A stretch of DNA of 64,000 bases from Planctomycetota bacterium (lineage in GTDB: Bacteria > Planctomycetota > MHYJ01 > WSZJ01): contig JBBTCT010000022.1 of the NCBI GenBank assembly GCA_038060895.1, positions 345,067-409,066 on the forward strand, in the 5' to 3' direction. The notes below the pieces were generated by a model. That model was not told the origin of the DNA, made no database searches, and saw only the letters and a program-made list of their open reading frames with translations. A program made the translations under genes and the position numbers. Positions 30,501 to 39,347 of the stretch are shown here, piece after piece. Position 1 is the stretch's first letter, and every line of letters begins with the position of its first letter.

Positions 30501-30585
30501 ACTCGGCAGGCGGGAGTTGCGGGACGTCGCACAGGCCGGCGAACAGGATTGCCACGGCCCGTCGCTCGCTGGGAACTCTGCTCAC
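27508..30585 (-). CDS. Class III cyclase-like domain + STAND (AAA_16) NTPase + TPR protein
   Basis: DKFIG..VMAVFGAP.AHEDD, GDVVNVARRL; Walker A GEAGVGKT, Walker B EDLQWAD, GNPFY, YLFRHALLRDAAY, then TPRs. Confidence 0.92.
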   Translation of the reverse strand: MSRVPSERRAVAILFAGLCDVPQLPPAELRDWLDAAYTRLRGAVESRGGTIDKFIGETVMAVFGAPVAHEDDALRAVRAALAMREESGATPLRIGVNFGEILWGQVAGEPPTAMGDVVNVARRLEEAAAAGEVLVEAAVERLTHRVIRFRSLEPMRVKGREEQVRAFAAEGPLGGETSIRHGPGRETPLVGRDIERARLQAAWESGRGAFVVVVGEAGVGKTRLVADFRVAIRRQGGARVATGRALEEARLPMAPFAEMARAETTGPIVLALAESMADAVPDPVDRENFAHLISLSIGVAVPDARVRAIDPARLIDETHHAWAVWATSRGPALLCLEDLQWADDAALALLESLPRAASGSPFMVVATARPGARLPAGFERLDLADLVPEAALRLAANTLGAPLSPALRDFLVAQSGGNPFYVEELARFLKDERLVAGVPLDLSGPAGKIPAGLRGLLVARLDAMPAESREAMKAASVLGRAFWPGLLGELLARDPAGSIREASRRDMIGAQRHSLLPGEAQYLFRHALLRDAAYSLLPKKDRARLHAVAADRLLARSGGRAIRVLAAGHRENSGDATAAAGLWEEASVEAIGDGAPAEALAHAREATRAAGPRPASVLATAEALLSLARPAEALVEAERAGDPSTLPPDQRAQALNIAARVRGALGQYREAADGARQLAQAAPEGRWRVVAQIALAGALMRLGDWEGSLRETGRGQEMLAAEPEFAASRAGRRLAASLYVALSNVHVHRGAVGESLDACRKALVEARGGADLACEAAAFNNMGNALRALGRADEALAAYRASLEIDRRTGDRAGIASGLNNVGNIHRARGELDAAEGPFRQALALRREIGDQAGVAACLGNLGNLEGQRGRTGPSLGWYEEGLALARKSGDRPATAALLNNLAWARGELGDLSGALADSEESISIRRETSECRGLSSSLANLARILCRRGEPQRALAAIEESLALARATGAGPRESRALLERGRIRKTLGLADEALGDFHEALRIARQSESAEDIENAERALREP

Positions 30586-30803
30586 CTTTCCTGGCCGACG
30601 GCATCGACATAGTCGACCTGCATCGTCGGAGCGGGAATCGGTGCGCCGTCCGTCCGAGGTCCCTCCAGGTGAAGGCGGATCGCTTCCTTGATCAGGCGCC
30701 GTACATCTCTCCGGGTCGTGGCGACGGCAATGCAGCCCGGCAGGTCAGGGACGTGGGCCCCGAATGTCTTCGGCCCCTTCTCGATTACGACGGCACATTT
30801 CAT
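30582..30803 (-). CDS. hicB: HicB family antitoxin (short form without DNA-binding domain)
   Basis: VVIEKG..FGAHVPDLPGCIAV...IKEAIRLHLE. Confidence 0.88.
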   Translation of the reverse strand: MKCAVVIEKGPKTFGAHVPDLPGCIAVATTRRDVRRLIKEAIRLHLEGPRTDGAPIPAPTMQVDYVDAVGQER

Positions 30804-30808
30804 GGGCG

Positions 30809-30997
30809 TTAGCGCTCCATCCCGGCCTGCTTGCAAATGCTCTTGAGTGTCCCTGCGGGGATCTCGAGTCCCGGCTTTCCCGCGACCATTGCGCCGCCCG
30901 GCATCGTGGCGTGCCGGAATTGTCGGTGGCTTCCGCCGGTTCGGACGAGTCGCCATCCCGCGGATTCTAGCATTCGAATGACCTCGCGGACTTTCAT
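30809..30997 (-). CDS. hicA: HicA family mRNA interferase toxin
   Basis: MKVREVIRMLE..GW..VRTGGSHRQFRH..GTLKSI.KQAG. Confidence 0.88.
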   Translation of the reverse strand: MKVREVIRMLESAGWRLVRTGGSHRQFRHATMPGGAMVAGKPGLEIPAGTLKSICKQAGMER

Positions 30998-31174
30998 GTC
31001 CGGCCACGCGACCGCATGGCTTTCACAGGAAGCTCCCCGCTGGAATCCGGATCGACGCGCTTGCCGGATCCGGCCTGGAATTGTAAAGCGCGAGTCGGGT
31101 CCGCCTGTGTTACGAATTCACCCGGAGTAAATCAAGATGCTCCCCGGAGAATCCTCCGAGTTATCGTCCCGTCT

Positions 31175-31594
31175 GTGGAAGACCTGAAAATCACCGATCG
31201 CTGGTTCCTGCCGGCCTCCTCCCTCCGCGTCCACTTCAGCCGCGGCGGCGGGCCCGGCGGCCAGAACGTGAACAAGCTGAACACGAAGGCGGAGCTGCGG
31301 GTCCGAGTTGCGGAACTCGCGTTCCCGTCGCCGGACGTGGAAGCGCGTTTTCGCGAGCGGTTTGCGTCGCGGATCACGGCGGACGGGGAAGTGCTGCTGA
31401 CGTCGCACACGGGGCGGAGCCAGGCGCAGAACCTGGAGGATTGCCTGGAGCGGCTTCGGGAATTGTGTCGTGCGGTGTTCGTTGCGCCGAAGATCCGACG
31501 GCCGACGCGGCCGACGCGGGGATCGAAGGAGCGGAGGCTGGAGGCGAAGCGGCACCGGGCGGAGAGGCAGAGGCAGAAGCGGCTCGACGACTAA
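31175..31594 (+). CDS. arfB: Alternative ribosome rescue factor B
   Basis: SRGGGPGGQNVNK, RSQAQN, basic tail RRPTRPT.GSKERRL. Confidence 0.92.
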   Translation: MEDLKITDRWFLPASSLRVHFSRGGGPGGQNVNKLNTKAELRVRVAELAFPSPDVEARFRERFASRITADGEVLLTSHTGRSQAQNLEDCLERLRELCRAVFVAPKIRRPTRPTRGSKERRLEAKRHRAERQRQKRLDD

Positions 31595-31630
31595 GACAGG
31601 AGATTCATGAGAGGAAAAATTCCAGGCGTT

Positions 31631-32533
31631 ATGAAGGCAATCCTGCCGGCGCTCGCCGTGGTCCTTCTGGCGAGCTGCGGCAAGGATGAGGAGGGCGCGG
31701 GCACTTCGGGAGCGCGGACCGGCCCGTCCTCGGCGGGTGCGCCTGTCCTGCAGGTGCAGACAGGAAGATTCTTCAGATTCGCGGTTCCGTCGGGCTGGCG
31801 AGTCCAGGATGAGGGACAGTTCGCGGTAGTGCTGGTGGCGCCGGACGGCTGTGCCTTCACGGTGATGGCCGGGAATTCCGGTTTGCCGGCCAACTATCCC
31901 CCGGGCCAGTTCGCGCAGGAGAAGATCCTTCAGATGCAGGTCCAGGACTTGCGGTTAGGTCCGGCTTCGATGGCGCGGCCCATGGCGGGGTGCTCGAGCG
32001 CATGGGAGTTTGAGTACTCGTACACGGTGGGTGGCGCGCCCTGCCGGGGCATGGCCAAGTGCAGCGTCGCATCGACCTACGACATGTGCACGATGGTCGT
32101 GACGCTGGCGGCCTCGCAGGAGCCGCAATGGAGCGGCTATTCGACCTGGCTGCCTGCGGTTGCGGAGCAGGTCGCCGCGATCAACGGAGCGGCATTCGGT
32201 GCGCGAGGCGTGATGCAGCAGAACCTTGAGAACTCGATCAACCTTGGGGAGCAAGCCCGCCGGAACCGCGAGTGGTCCGCGACGACGTGGGGCCAGGTGA
32301 ACCGGGAGCGGGCCGCATCGCAGGACCGGCAGGCGACGGAGTTCCGGGAGAACCTCGGCAACGTGCAGACATGGACCAATCCCTTCGATTCGGGGAAGGT
32401 CGAACTTCCGGCGACCTTTTCGAACTATTGGATCAACCGTCAGGGCCGGATCGTCGGTACGAACAACCCGGGCGAGGATCCGAATAACGGCTCCACGGAA
32501 CAGTGGTTGCGGATGAACCCGATTCGTCGATGA
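31631..32533 (+). CDS. Hypothetical lipoprotein
   Basis: Lipobox LASC; long ORF with typical codon usage. Confidence 0.75.
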   Translation: MKAILPALAVVLLASCGKDEEGAGTSGARTGPSSAGAPVLQVQTGRFFRFAVPSGWRVQDEGQFAVVLVAPDGCAFTVMAGNSGLPANYPPGQFAQEKILQMQVQDLRLGPASMARPMAGCSSAWEFEYSYTVGGAPCRGMAKCSVASTYDMCTMVVTLAASQEPQWSGYSTWLPAVAEQVAAINGAAFGARGVMQQNLENSINLGEQARRNREWSATTWGQVNRERAASQDRQATEFRENLGNVQTWTNPFDSGKVELPATFSNYWINRQGRIVGTNNPGEDPNNGSTEQWLRMNPIRR

Positions 32534-32545
32534 AGTGAGGGTGGC

Positions 32546-33142
32546 ATGGGAATCAGCCGTGCGAACGGTGCGCTGGCGCTGATCCAGGACGTCATCCGCT
32601 CCGAGAAGCTGGTCGTTGTCGGGCTGAAGATGGCGGAGCTTGGGAACCAGAGCTTGCGCAAGGACGTGCTCGGCGTGCAGGTGCCGGCGAAGGCGTTTTT
32701 CGCCGCGATGGGGATCCTTCACACCTCGCTCGACATCAATGGCAAGGACGGGTCGCTGCCGGTCGACCTTCGCCTCCCGATCACGCAACCCGAACTCCTG
32801 GAGTGCTTCGACATCGTCACCAACTTCGGGACGATCCAGGAGATCGAGCGCCAGCACACCGCCTGGCAGAACGTCCACCGCCTCGCAAAGGTCGGCGGCC
32901 TCATGCTGCACCTCGTGCCGCAGGCGGGATCGTGGAAGGGGAAGTTCCCGCTCGGGTTCGGCGAAGAGTTCTTCCCGGCCCTCGCGCAGTGCTGTTCGTA
33001 CGACCTGCTGAAATTCGACCGCTGCGAAAGCGACCCGGAGTCGAAGCTCTTCGCCGCGGTCCTGCGGAAGAAGTCCCGCGAATTCCCTGCGGAGGCCGAG
33101 TTTTTCTCGAAAGTGCGGATCGACGGACTCGCGGCGCAATGA
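32546..33142 (+). CDS. Class I SAM-methyltransferase-like hypothetical protein
   Basis: ELGNQ, SLDING, FDIVTNFGT, 'KVGGLMLHLVP'. Confidence 0.55.
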   Translation: MGISRANGALALIQDVIRSEKLVVVGLKMAELGNQSLRKDVLGVQVPAKAFFAAMGILHTSLDINGKDGSLPVDLRLPITQPELLECFDIVTNFGTIQEIERQHTAWQNVHRLAKVGGLMLHLVPQAGSWKGKFPLGFGEEFFPALAQCCSYDLLKFDRCESDPESKLFAAVLRKKSREFPAEAEFFSKVRIDGLAAQ

Positions 33143-33161
33143 CCCGGCGCCCCGCCGGGAT

Positions 33162-33608
33162 CTATTTCTTTTCGACGATCGCTTCGAAGCCGTTCGCGCC
33201 GATCACGTTGTACCCGCCGTCCTTGTTCCCGTCAGAGAACCCGTCGTAAGCATTCCGGGCGAGGTAGATGCGGAGCGTCTTCCCTTCGGAGGGGCAGCCC
33301 TTGTGACCGCTGGTCCCGGGGGGCATGGGGCCTTTGCCGGTCCATTCGCGCGTCCAGTACCGCGCGTAGACGAGGCCTCCCTTGGCCGGGCCTTCGCCCT
33401 TCTCGACGTCGTTCACCGAAACCTCCGCGACGTAGTGCTTCGTCCGCCAGTTTCCTTCTTCCACCGTTCGCGTGTATACGGCCGTGACTTTCCCGACCAC
33501 GACGTGCGTCGCGAGCTCACGCAGCTGCTCGGGCGACAGGTCGATCTTCTCGGCCGCCAGGGGAAGCAGGCAGGAAAGCACGAGGGCGGCGGTGAGGGTG
33601 CGCTTCAT
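33162..33608 (-). CDS. Secreted hypothetical protein (OB/NTR-like beta protein)
   Basis: Signal peptide MKRTLTAALVLS; 'LSPEQL...ATHVVVGKV'; RBS ggag. Confidence 0.75.
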   Translation of the reverse strand: MKRTLTAALVLSCLLPLAAEKIDLSPEQLRELATHVVVGKVTAVYTRTVEEGNWRTKHYVAEVSVNDVEKGEGPAKGGLVYARYWTREWTGKGPMPPGTSGHKGCPSEGKTLRIYLARNAYDGFSDGNKDGGYNVIGANGFEAIVEKK

Positions 33609-33718
33609 GGCATGACTCCGAAGGGGAAGTTGGTTCGGTTCGCAGGATCTTCGCGTTCGTCCTTCGACGCATTCCGCGGTCCGCAGTTCCAGGTTTCCGG
33701 AGCGACCGCGAAAGGGGG

Positions 33719-35782
33719 CTACTTCGGTTTCCGGGCCAGGAAGCTCGAAACGCCCTCCGGCACGAACGCCTGGTCGGCGGTGATGATGATGGAAGCGATT
33801 TCGACCTGTCCGTCGGGGGCGACGATGGAAATCTTGTGGTCCCCCTTGATCATGGTCTGGAGCTGCGCGCCGCCGCGGGGGCCGGGGAGGAGATCCCAGA
33901 TCGGGGGCGGGTCGACCCCCGGGCCGAGGCCGCCGACGAGATCCCAGCGCGCCTGCCAGTTGCGCGGCTGGTCGCCGTCGATGGAGACGCGAAGCGGCGG
34001 CGGCTGCCCGGCGCGAAGCTGGCGTAGCGAGACCCATACGACGACGTCGGTCGGTTCGGGGAGGTCAACCGTGATGTCCACCGGCGCGCGCTTGTTGACG
34101 GGGATGACCTTGTGAAACGCCGGGGACCTGGGTGTCTTGACTTTCGAGGCGGCGGAAGAGGCGCTTTCGTTTCCGGCGCCGTCAACCGCGGTCACGGCGA
34201 TGGCGTACTCGGCGCCGGCAGAGAGGCCCCATTCGACATGGCGCGTGGCCGGGGTCGAAGCGACGCGCGCGGCGGACGCGCGCTTCTCAGCGCCCGGGCC
34301 GCAGTAGACGTTGTAGTACACGACGTCGAGGTCGTCCGGGGCATCCCAACCGATCTCGACGGTCCAGGCATCGAGCGCGCCGCACTGGACCCCGGCAGGG
34401 GCCCTGGGCGCCGTCGTATCCGTGTGCTCGGACTCGAGGCCGCTGTGCTCAACCGCGGTCACGGCGTACGTCCCGCCCATTTCGACCTCGCAACCCGTCT
34501 CACGCGAGAGCTCGCGCTTCAGCAGTTTGCCGTCCTTCCAGATGTGATACCCCGCGAGTTCGCGGCATCGCGCGGGAGCCTTCCATGTCAATGCTGTGCC
34601 CTTTCGTGTGACCTCGCGCGGAGGATCCGGAAGGCGGCGAACGGCCACGTAAAAATCGATGTCGCCGAGCATGGTGCTGGCGTAGCCGACCTTGGTGCCG
34701 TCGGGGGAAGCGACGGGCTGGGACTCGGTGTTCCAGCCGCCGTACCCCAGCTGCGTGTTGGGGACGCAGACAGGGGAGATCTTCCCGGTGTCCGAGGCCA
34801 CCGTGGCGACCTGGTTGCCCAGGCTCGCCAGGAGCCAGGCGTCCTCGCAGCCCCACGAAAGAAAAACACCGCGGTCGTTCGCGAGGCGCGCGAGCGGCCG
34901 GTTTTCTCCCTTCGCCACGTCGAACACCACGATGTCGCGCCGGAGGTGCGCGACCATTTTCCCCGAGGGGCTGGCGACGCCGTTCTGGAAGTGGACCGGG
35001 TCCAGCAGGTTCAGGGTCCCGCCCCTGGCGACGTCGCAGAGGAACATGCCGTCCTTGTACTCGCGATCCTGCGGTCTCTCGTAGTCGACCAGAAACGCCG
35101 CGTCGGCGCGCTTCAGAAACCACGCCTCGTGCGTCACGTCCGCAAGCTTGAACTTCCGCGGCAGTCCCGTCCCGGCCGCATCGATGATCCACGCCCACGA
35201 CTCAGCGCCGTTCCGGTCCTGCGGGTTTTCGATCACGAGCAGCCACTTTCCGTCGGGGCTCGGGGGAGAGAGCGACGTGCGGCCTGCGGGCAGCTTCCAG
35301 AGGGCAGTCTTCTCCCCCGTGAGTGCGTCGGCGCGCTGGAGCTCCTGCGCGCCTCCGTCGAGGACGAAGGCGATCTTCGGATCGTCCGCGCTCCAGGCGC
35401 TCCATCCCCACCCGAACCACTGCCACCCCGATCCGTCCGTGCGCGCGAGCCACGTTCCACCGCGCTCGCCGCGGATCCCCGTCAGCGCCAGCAGAGACCC
35501 GTCCGCATTCCACGGCGAGCGGAACGCGTCGTGCCGGTTCACGCCCGGCGTTCCGCTCATCCGCCACGCCGTCGTCCCCGTCGTCGCATCCTTGTAGACC
35601 ACGCGCTCCGACCGCCACTTTCCCTCCGCCAGGGCCAGCCTCTCGAACGGCTTCACGCGTCCGCGCCTCGCCAGTTGCCGAAGCGCGTGAATCTCCTGAT
35701 CCGGCGGTTCGGCGGCCAGCGCGGGAAGCGCCAGGGCGGCGAAGGCCATAAGAGCGCGACGTACGTGAATGGGAGCGGCCAT
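33719..35782 (-). CDS. Secreted beta-propeller (oligogalacturonate-lyase/TolB-like) + fibronectin type III protein
   Basis: Signal peptide; WNADGS, SPDGK/SPDGT blades; two FN3 repeats (YAVTAV..SGLES, IAVTAVDGAGNES). Confidence 0.75.
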   Translation of the reverse strand: MAAPIHVRRALMAFAALALPALAAEPPDQEIHALRQLARRGRVKPFERLALAEGKWRSERVVYKDATTGTTAWRMSGTPGVNRHDAFRSPWNADGSLLALTGIRGERGGTWLARTDGSGWQWFGWGWSAWSADDPKIAFVLDGGAQELQRADALTGEKTALWKLPAGRTSLSPPSPDGKWLLVIENPQDRNGAESWAWIIDAAGTGLPRKFKLADVTHEAWFLKRADAAFLVDYERPQDREYKDGMFLCDVARGGTLNLLDPVHFQNGVASPSGKMVAHLRRDIVVFDVAKGENRPLARLANDRGVFLSWGCEDAWLLASLGNQVATVASDTGKISPVCVPNTQLGYGGWNTESQPVASPDGTKVGYASTMLGDIDFYVAVRRLPDPPREVTRKGTALTWKAPARCRELAGYHIWKDGKLLKRELSRETGCEVEMGGTYAVTAVEHSGLESEHTDTTAPRAPAGVQCGALDAWTVEIGWDAPDDLDVVYYNVYCGPGAEKRASAARVASTPATRHVEWGLSAGAEYAIAVTAVDGAGNESASSAASKVKTPRSPAFHKVIPVNKRAPVDITVDLPEPTDVVVWVSLRQLRAGQPPPLRVSIDGDQPRNWQARWDLVGGLGPGVDPPPIWDLLPGPRGGAQLQTMIKGDHKISIVAPDGQVEIASIIITADQAFVPEGVSSFLARKPK

Positions 35783-35849
35783 GCGGGCATCGTAGCCGCT
35801 TCGCTTGCCAATTGACGACGGCGGGTCGCGCTTCGCACACTTCGGGGCC

Positions 35850-38423
35850 ATGAGATTCCTGATCCGAACTTTCTTCCTGGTGCTCGCCCTCCACGCGCCC
35901 GCCTTCGCCGAGAGCGCCGACAAGCCGATCAATCTCCTGCGCAAGGCGATTGCCGGCGAAGAACCGGTTCCCGCCGGCCTCGCCGACGACAACCCGGCCA
36001 CGGTCGCGAGCGGTCCGGCGCCTCTGGAAGTCGTGTTCGAGTTCGCGGACGTGGTGAGCCCGGAACAGATCGTCGTGCGCATTCCAAAGGGATCTTCGGC
36101 TGCATCAAAAGTCGAAGTCCTGGCCTCCACCGTCTCGCGCGACGGCGGGTTCGTGTTCGTGCGCGGAGACGCCCTTCGCGTCGGCGACATCGGGGCGCAG
36201 ACATTCCCGCTGCCCGTCACCGGTGCCAGGTGGGTCATGCTGCGCTTCGCGGGGCAGGCCGGCTCGGAAGAAGCCGCCGTGGCGGATGTCGCGCTGATGG
36301 GGCGGGAAGGCCCGCCTCGCAGCCTCTACGAGTTCAGCGAGTCGCCGGCGAAAGCGCTCGAGATGGTCGCCGGGCTCAAGAGCCTGACGCACCTCAAGAT
36401 CGAAATCACGCCCGACGAGACGAGCCTCTTTGAGGACGCGAAGGACGGCAAGCTCGACACGTGGACTTTCGCGGAAGCGGCGCTTCTGGCCTCGGGCGCC
36501 ACCGACAAAGCCCGCCGCGGGGAGTACGCAACTCGCATCGACGCGCTCTTTGAAGATGCGAAGAAAGTGAGCGAAGCCGGCAAGACCGCGGCCGAAAAGG
36601 GCGAGCTGCTGCTCAAGTGGCTTCACGCCGGCCCGATGAAAAAGGGCTACGTTTCCAACCAGACCGACGTCTCGGTCATCCTCGACTCCGGGACCTTCAA
36701 CTGCGTGTCGTCGGCCGCGCTCTACAACATCCTCGGCCGCCGGCTCGGGCTCGACCTGCGCGCCATCGAGGTCCCCGACCATGCGTTCGCGATCTTCTAC
36801 GACGGCGCGACGCACGCCGACGTCGAGACGACGACCGCGATGGGATTCAACCCGTCGCGCGACCAGAAGGCCGTCAAGGCGTTCGAGAAGCAGACCGGCT
36901 TCACCTACATCCCCGACAAGCACCGGGCCCAGCGCCGCGAAGTCGGCGAGACCGGGCTGGTCGCGATCATCTTCTACAACCACGGCGTCATGCTCAGCCT
37001 CGGGAAAGAACACCTCAAGGCGATCCTCAGCTTTTTCCGCGCCATGAGCATGGACCCCGAGTTCGGCTCGGCGGTGAAGAACGCGCTCGCTTCGCTGACC
37101 CAGTGGAGCCTCGAGCTGGCCAGGGAGGGGAAGTTCGCGGAAGCGGCCGCCGTGATCGACACCGGCGTCGGCCTGGCGCCCGGAGACCGGACTCTCGTCC
37201 ACAACCGCAAGTACGTCTGGCACCAGTGGGCCGAGGCGGAGATGAAGGCCGGACGCGAGGAAGCGGCGGTCGCCGTGCTGCGCGACGCCGCGGCGAAAGT
37301 GCCCGCGGAAGCGGAGACGTGGAATTCGATGCAGGCCGGGCTTTTCATCAAGCGGGGAGAAGCGCTCATCAAGGAGAAGCAGTGGGAGAAGGCGCTTGAG
37401 ACGGGAGCCGCTTCCAGACTCGAAGACAAGCCGCGCGAGCAGCTCGACGCCTGGCGCTCGGGCGTCCGCACCCGGTGGGCGCTCAGCCTCGTCAAGGAGA
37501 AGGCGTACGAAAAGGCGATGGAGCTCCTGGCGGCGAACCCTCGGGACAAGCGCACGGTCCAGAACATCGTGTTCGTCGTGCAGGAGTGGGCCTTCGCATC
37601 CAGCGACGACGACGCGCTGAAAATCCTCCGGGCGCAGGTGAAGCGCTTTGAGGACATCCCGGGCGTGAAGAAAGTCGCGGCCGCGCACCCGGAGAGAGCA
37701 ATCGCGGCGCTGATCAAGGGCGGAAAGTTCGAGGAGTCGGTCGCCTGCGCGGAGCGCTTCGCCGATTTCCTCCGCGAGTTGTCCGCGGACCCCGACCGCC
37801 TGCTTCTGGTCGCCTGGGACGGATGGGGGCAGACCTTCCTGAAGAAGAAGGACTGGAGCGGTGCGGCCGGCGTTTACGACAAGGCACTGAAAAAGCTCCC
37901 CGAAGAAAAGCTGTTTCTGACCAATCTCAAGTACGTCGCCCAGGAATGGTCACGGGACGCGTACGCAAAAGAAGGCGAGGCGCGCGCAAAGGAGATTCTC
38001 CAGGTGTACGCCGCGCGCTTTCCGGACGTCGCCCAGGGCCACGTCCAGTGGGTCGTGGCGACGCTGTGCAAGGAGGGCAGGTTCGAGGAGGCCGTCGGGG
38101 CTGCGGGGCGGCACAAGGAGCTGGTCAAGGACGCCGCCGCCGTCGCGCGCCCCGCGTACGACCAGTGGGCCGGTTCGCATTCGAAGAAGAAGGAGTGGAA
38201 AGAAGCGACCGAAGTTTATGGCCGCGGCCTGAAGGAATACCCGGGCGACAAGGCCCTGGAGAACAACGCGACCGTGGCGTGGGACAACTGGGCGCGGACG
38301 TTCTGGCCCGCGAAGGACTGGGCCGGCGCGATCAGGATCTACGACGAAGGCCTCGCGCAACTCCCCGGCAGCAAAGTGCTTCTGCAGAACCGGAAGTACT
38401 GCGAGGACCAGTCGAAGAAGTAG
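35850..38423 (+). CDS. Secreted transglutaminase-like (SirB1-type) + TPR protein with N-terminal discoidin-like domain
   Basis: FNCVS..VPDHAF..DVETT Cys-His-Asp triad; long helical repeats. Confidence 0.75.
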   Translation: MRFLIRTFFLVLALHAPAFAESADKPINLLRKAIAGEEPVPAGLADDNPATVASGPAPLEVVFEFADVVSPEQIVVRIPKGSSAASKVEVLASTVSRDGGFVFVRGDALRVGDIGAQTFPLPVTGARWVMLRFAGQAGSEEAAVADVALMGREGPPRSLYEFSESPAKALEMVAGLKSLTHLKIEITPDETSLFEDAKDGKLDTWTFAEAALLASGATDKARRGEYATRIDALFEDAKKVSEAGKTAAEKGELLLKWLHAGPMKKGYVSNQTDVSVILDSGTFNCVSSAALYNILGRRLGLDLRAIEVPDHAFAIFYDGATHADVETTTAMGFNPSRDQKAVKAFEKQTGFTYIPDKHRAQRREVGETGLVAIIFYNHGVMLSLGKEHLKAILSFFRAMSMDPEFGSAVKNALASLTQWSLELAREGKFAEAAAVIDTGVGLAPGDRTLVHNRKYVWHQWAEAEMKAGREEAAVAVLRDAAAKVPAEAETWNSMQAGLFIKRGEALIKEKQWEKALETGAASRLEDKPREQLDAWRSGVRTRWALSLVKEKAYEKAMELLAANPRDKRTVQNIVFVVQEWAFASSDDDALKILRAQVKRFEDIPGVKKVAAAHPERAIAALIKGGKFEESVACAERFADFLRELSADPDRLLLVAWDGWGQTFLKKKDWSGAAGVYDKALKKLPEEKLFLTNLKYVAQEWSRDAYAKEGEARAKEILQVYAARFPDVAQGHVQWVVATLCKEGRFEEAVGAAGRHKELVKDAAAVARPAYDQWAGSHSKKKEWKEATEVYGRGLKEYPGDKALENNATVAWDNWARTFWPAKDWAGAIRIYDEGLAQLPGSKVLLQNRKYCEDQSKK

Positions 38424-38428
38424 CCGGC

Positions 38429-39196
38429 CTACTTCCCGTCCGGCGGCTCGGTACCTTCCGGTTCGTCGTCCGTCCCGACTTCCCGGAACACGACGGACGT
38501 CCCGCTTCCGCCGAAATCCACCAGCTTCCCGGATTTCTTCAGCTCCTCGTACTTGTCCTGCTGCGCCAGGTCGAGCTCGCGCTTCACCGATTCATCGCAC
38601 TTCTTCCGGAGATCTTCCGATTTCTCCTGCGTCGCGCGCCAGTCCTTCCGCGCCTCCTCGCTCTGCCACATGTCCATCGTCGCGTCGTCCCGTTCCTTCA
38701 GGTGCCCCGCGATGCGCGTTTTCTGGATCGGCGAGAGTTTCAGCTCTCGCTCCATGACCGTCATCGGGTCTTCCCAGTTCATGAGCGACGCCAGCGGGTT
38801 CTTCTTGTCGCGCGCCGCGAGCTTCTTCTCGATCAGCGCCTCAACGTCCTGTTCCGACATGGCCTCGCCCGCCGCCCGCCGCGGAGACTTCAGGCCGGCT
38901 GCTGAATCGGTACCCGACCCGGCGGAGCCTGTTGCGCTCCCGGCAGGGAAGTCAGCGCCCGTGACAGGCGAACCAGAACCCGCGCCAGTCGCGGCCCCGG
39001 CCGGGCCTTCCTGCGAACCGCCACCGGCAGCGACCGCCGCTTCGCCGGGAGTCGATCCCGCGGGGAGCGGTCGTTCTTCGAGCTTCGCAACCTGGTCCTG
39101 AAGTTTCGCAAGTCGGTTCGAAGTGGCGACCTGGAGCGCGAGGAGGGCGACGACGGCGGCGGAGAGGGCGATCGGGGCGAGCGCGGCGCGTGTCAT
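38429..39196 (-). CDS. Membrane-anchored hypothetical protein (LTxxQ/CpxP-like helical C-terminus)
   Basis: N-terminal TM segment, G/A/S linker, 'ELKLSPIQK' and 'LDLAQQDKY'. Confidence 0.65.
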   Translation of the reverse strand: MTRAALAPIALSAAVVALLALQVATSNRLAKLQDQVAKLEERPLPAGSTPGEAAVAAGGGSQEGPAGAATGAGSGSPVTGADFPAGSATGSAGSGTDSAAGLKSPRRAAGEAMSEQDVEALIEKKLAARDKKNPLASLMNWEDPMTVMERELKLSPIQKTRIAGHLKERDDATMDMWQSEEARKDWRATQEKSEDLRKKCDESVKRELDLAQQDKYEELKKSGKLVDFGGSGTSVVFREVGTDDEPEGTEPPDGK

Positions 39197-39347
39197 GCAG
39201 GTCTCCTCTGGTTTTGGATTCAGGGCCACCGGGGCGCGGACGAGTCAGGGCGCGCCTGCCACACACAGACTTGCGAGCCGGGGCCCGGAAGGTTGCAGGA
39301 ATCCGAAGATTTATTGTTCGAGGCGCTCCCGATCGTTGCTCGCGCGC

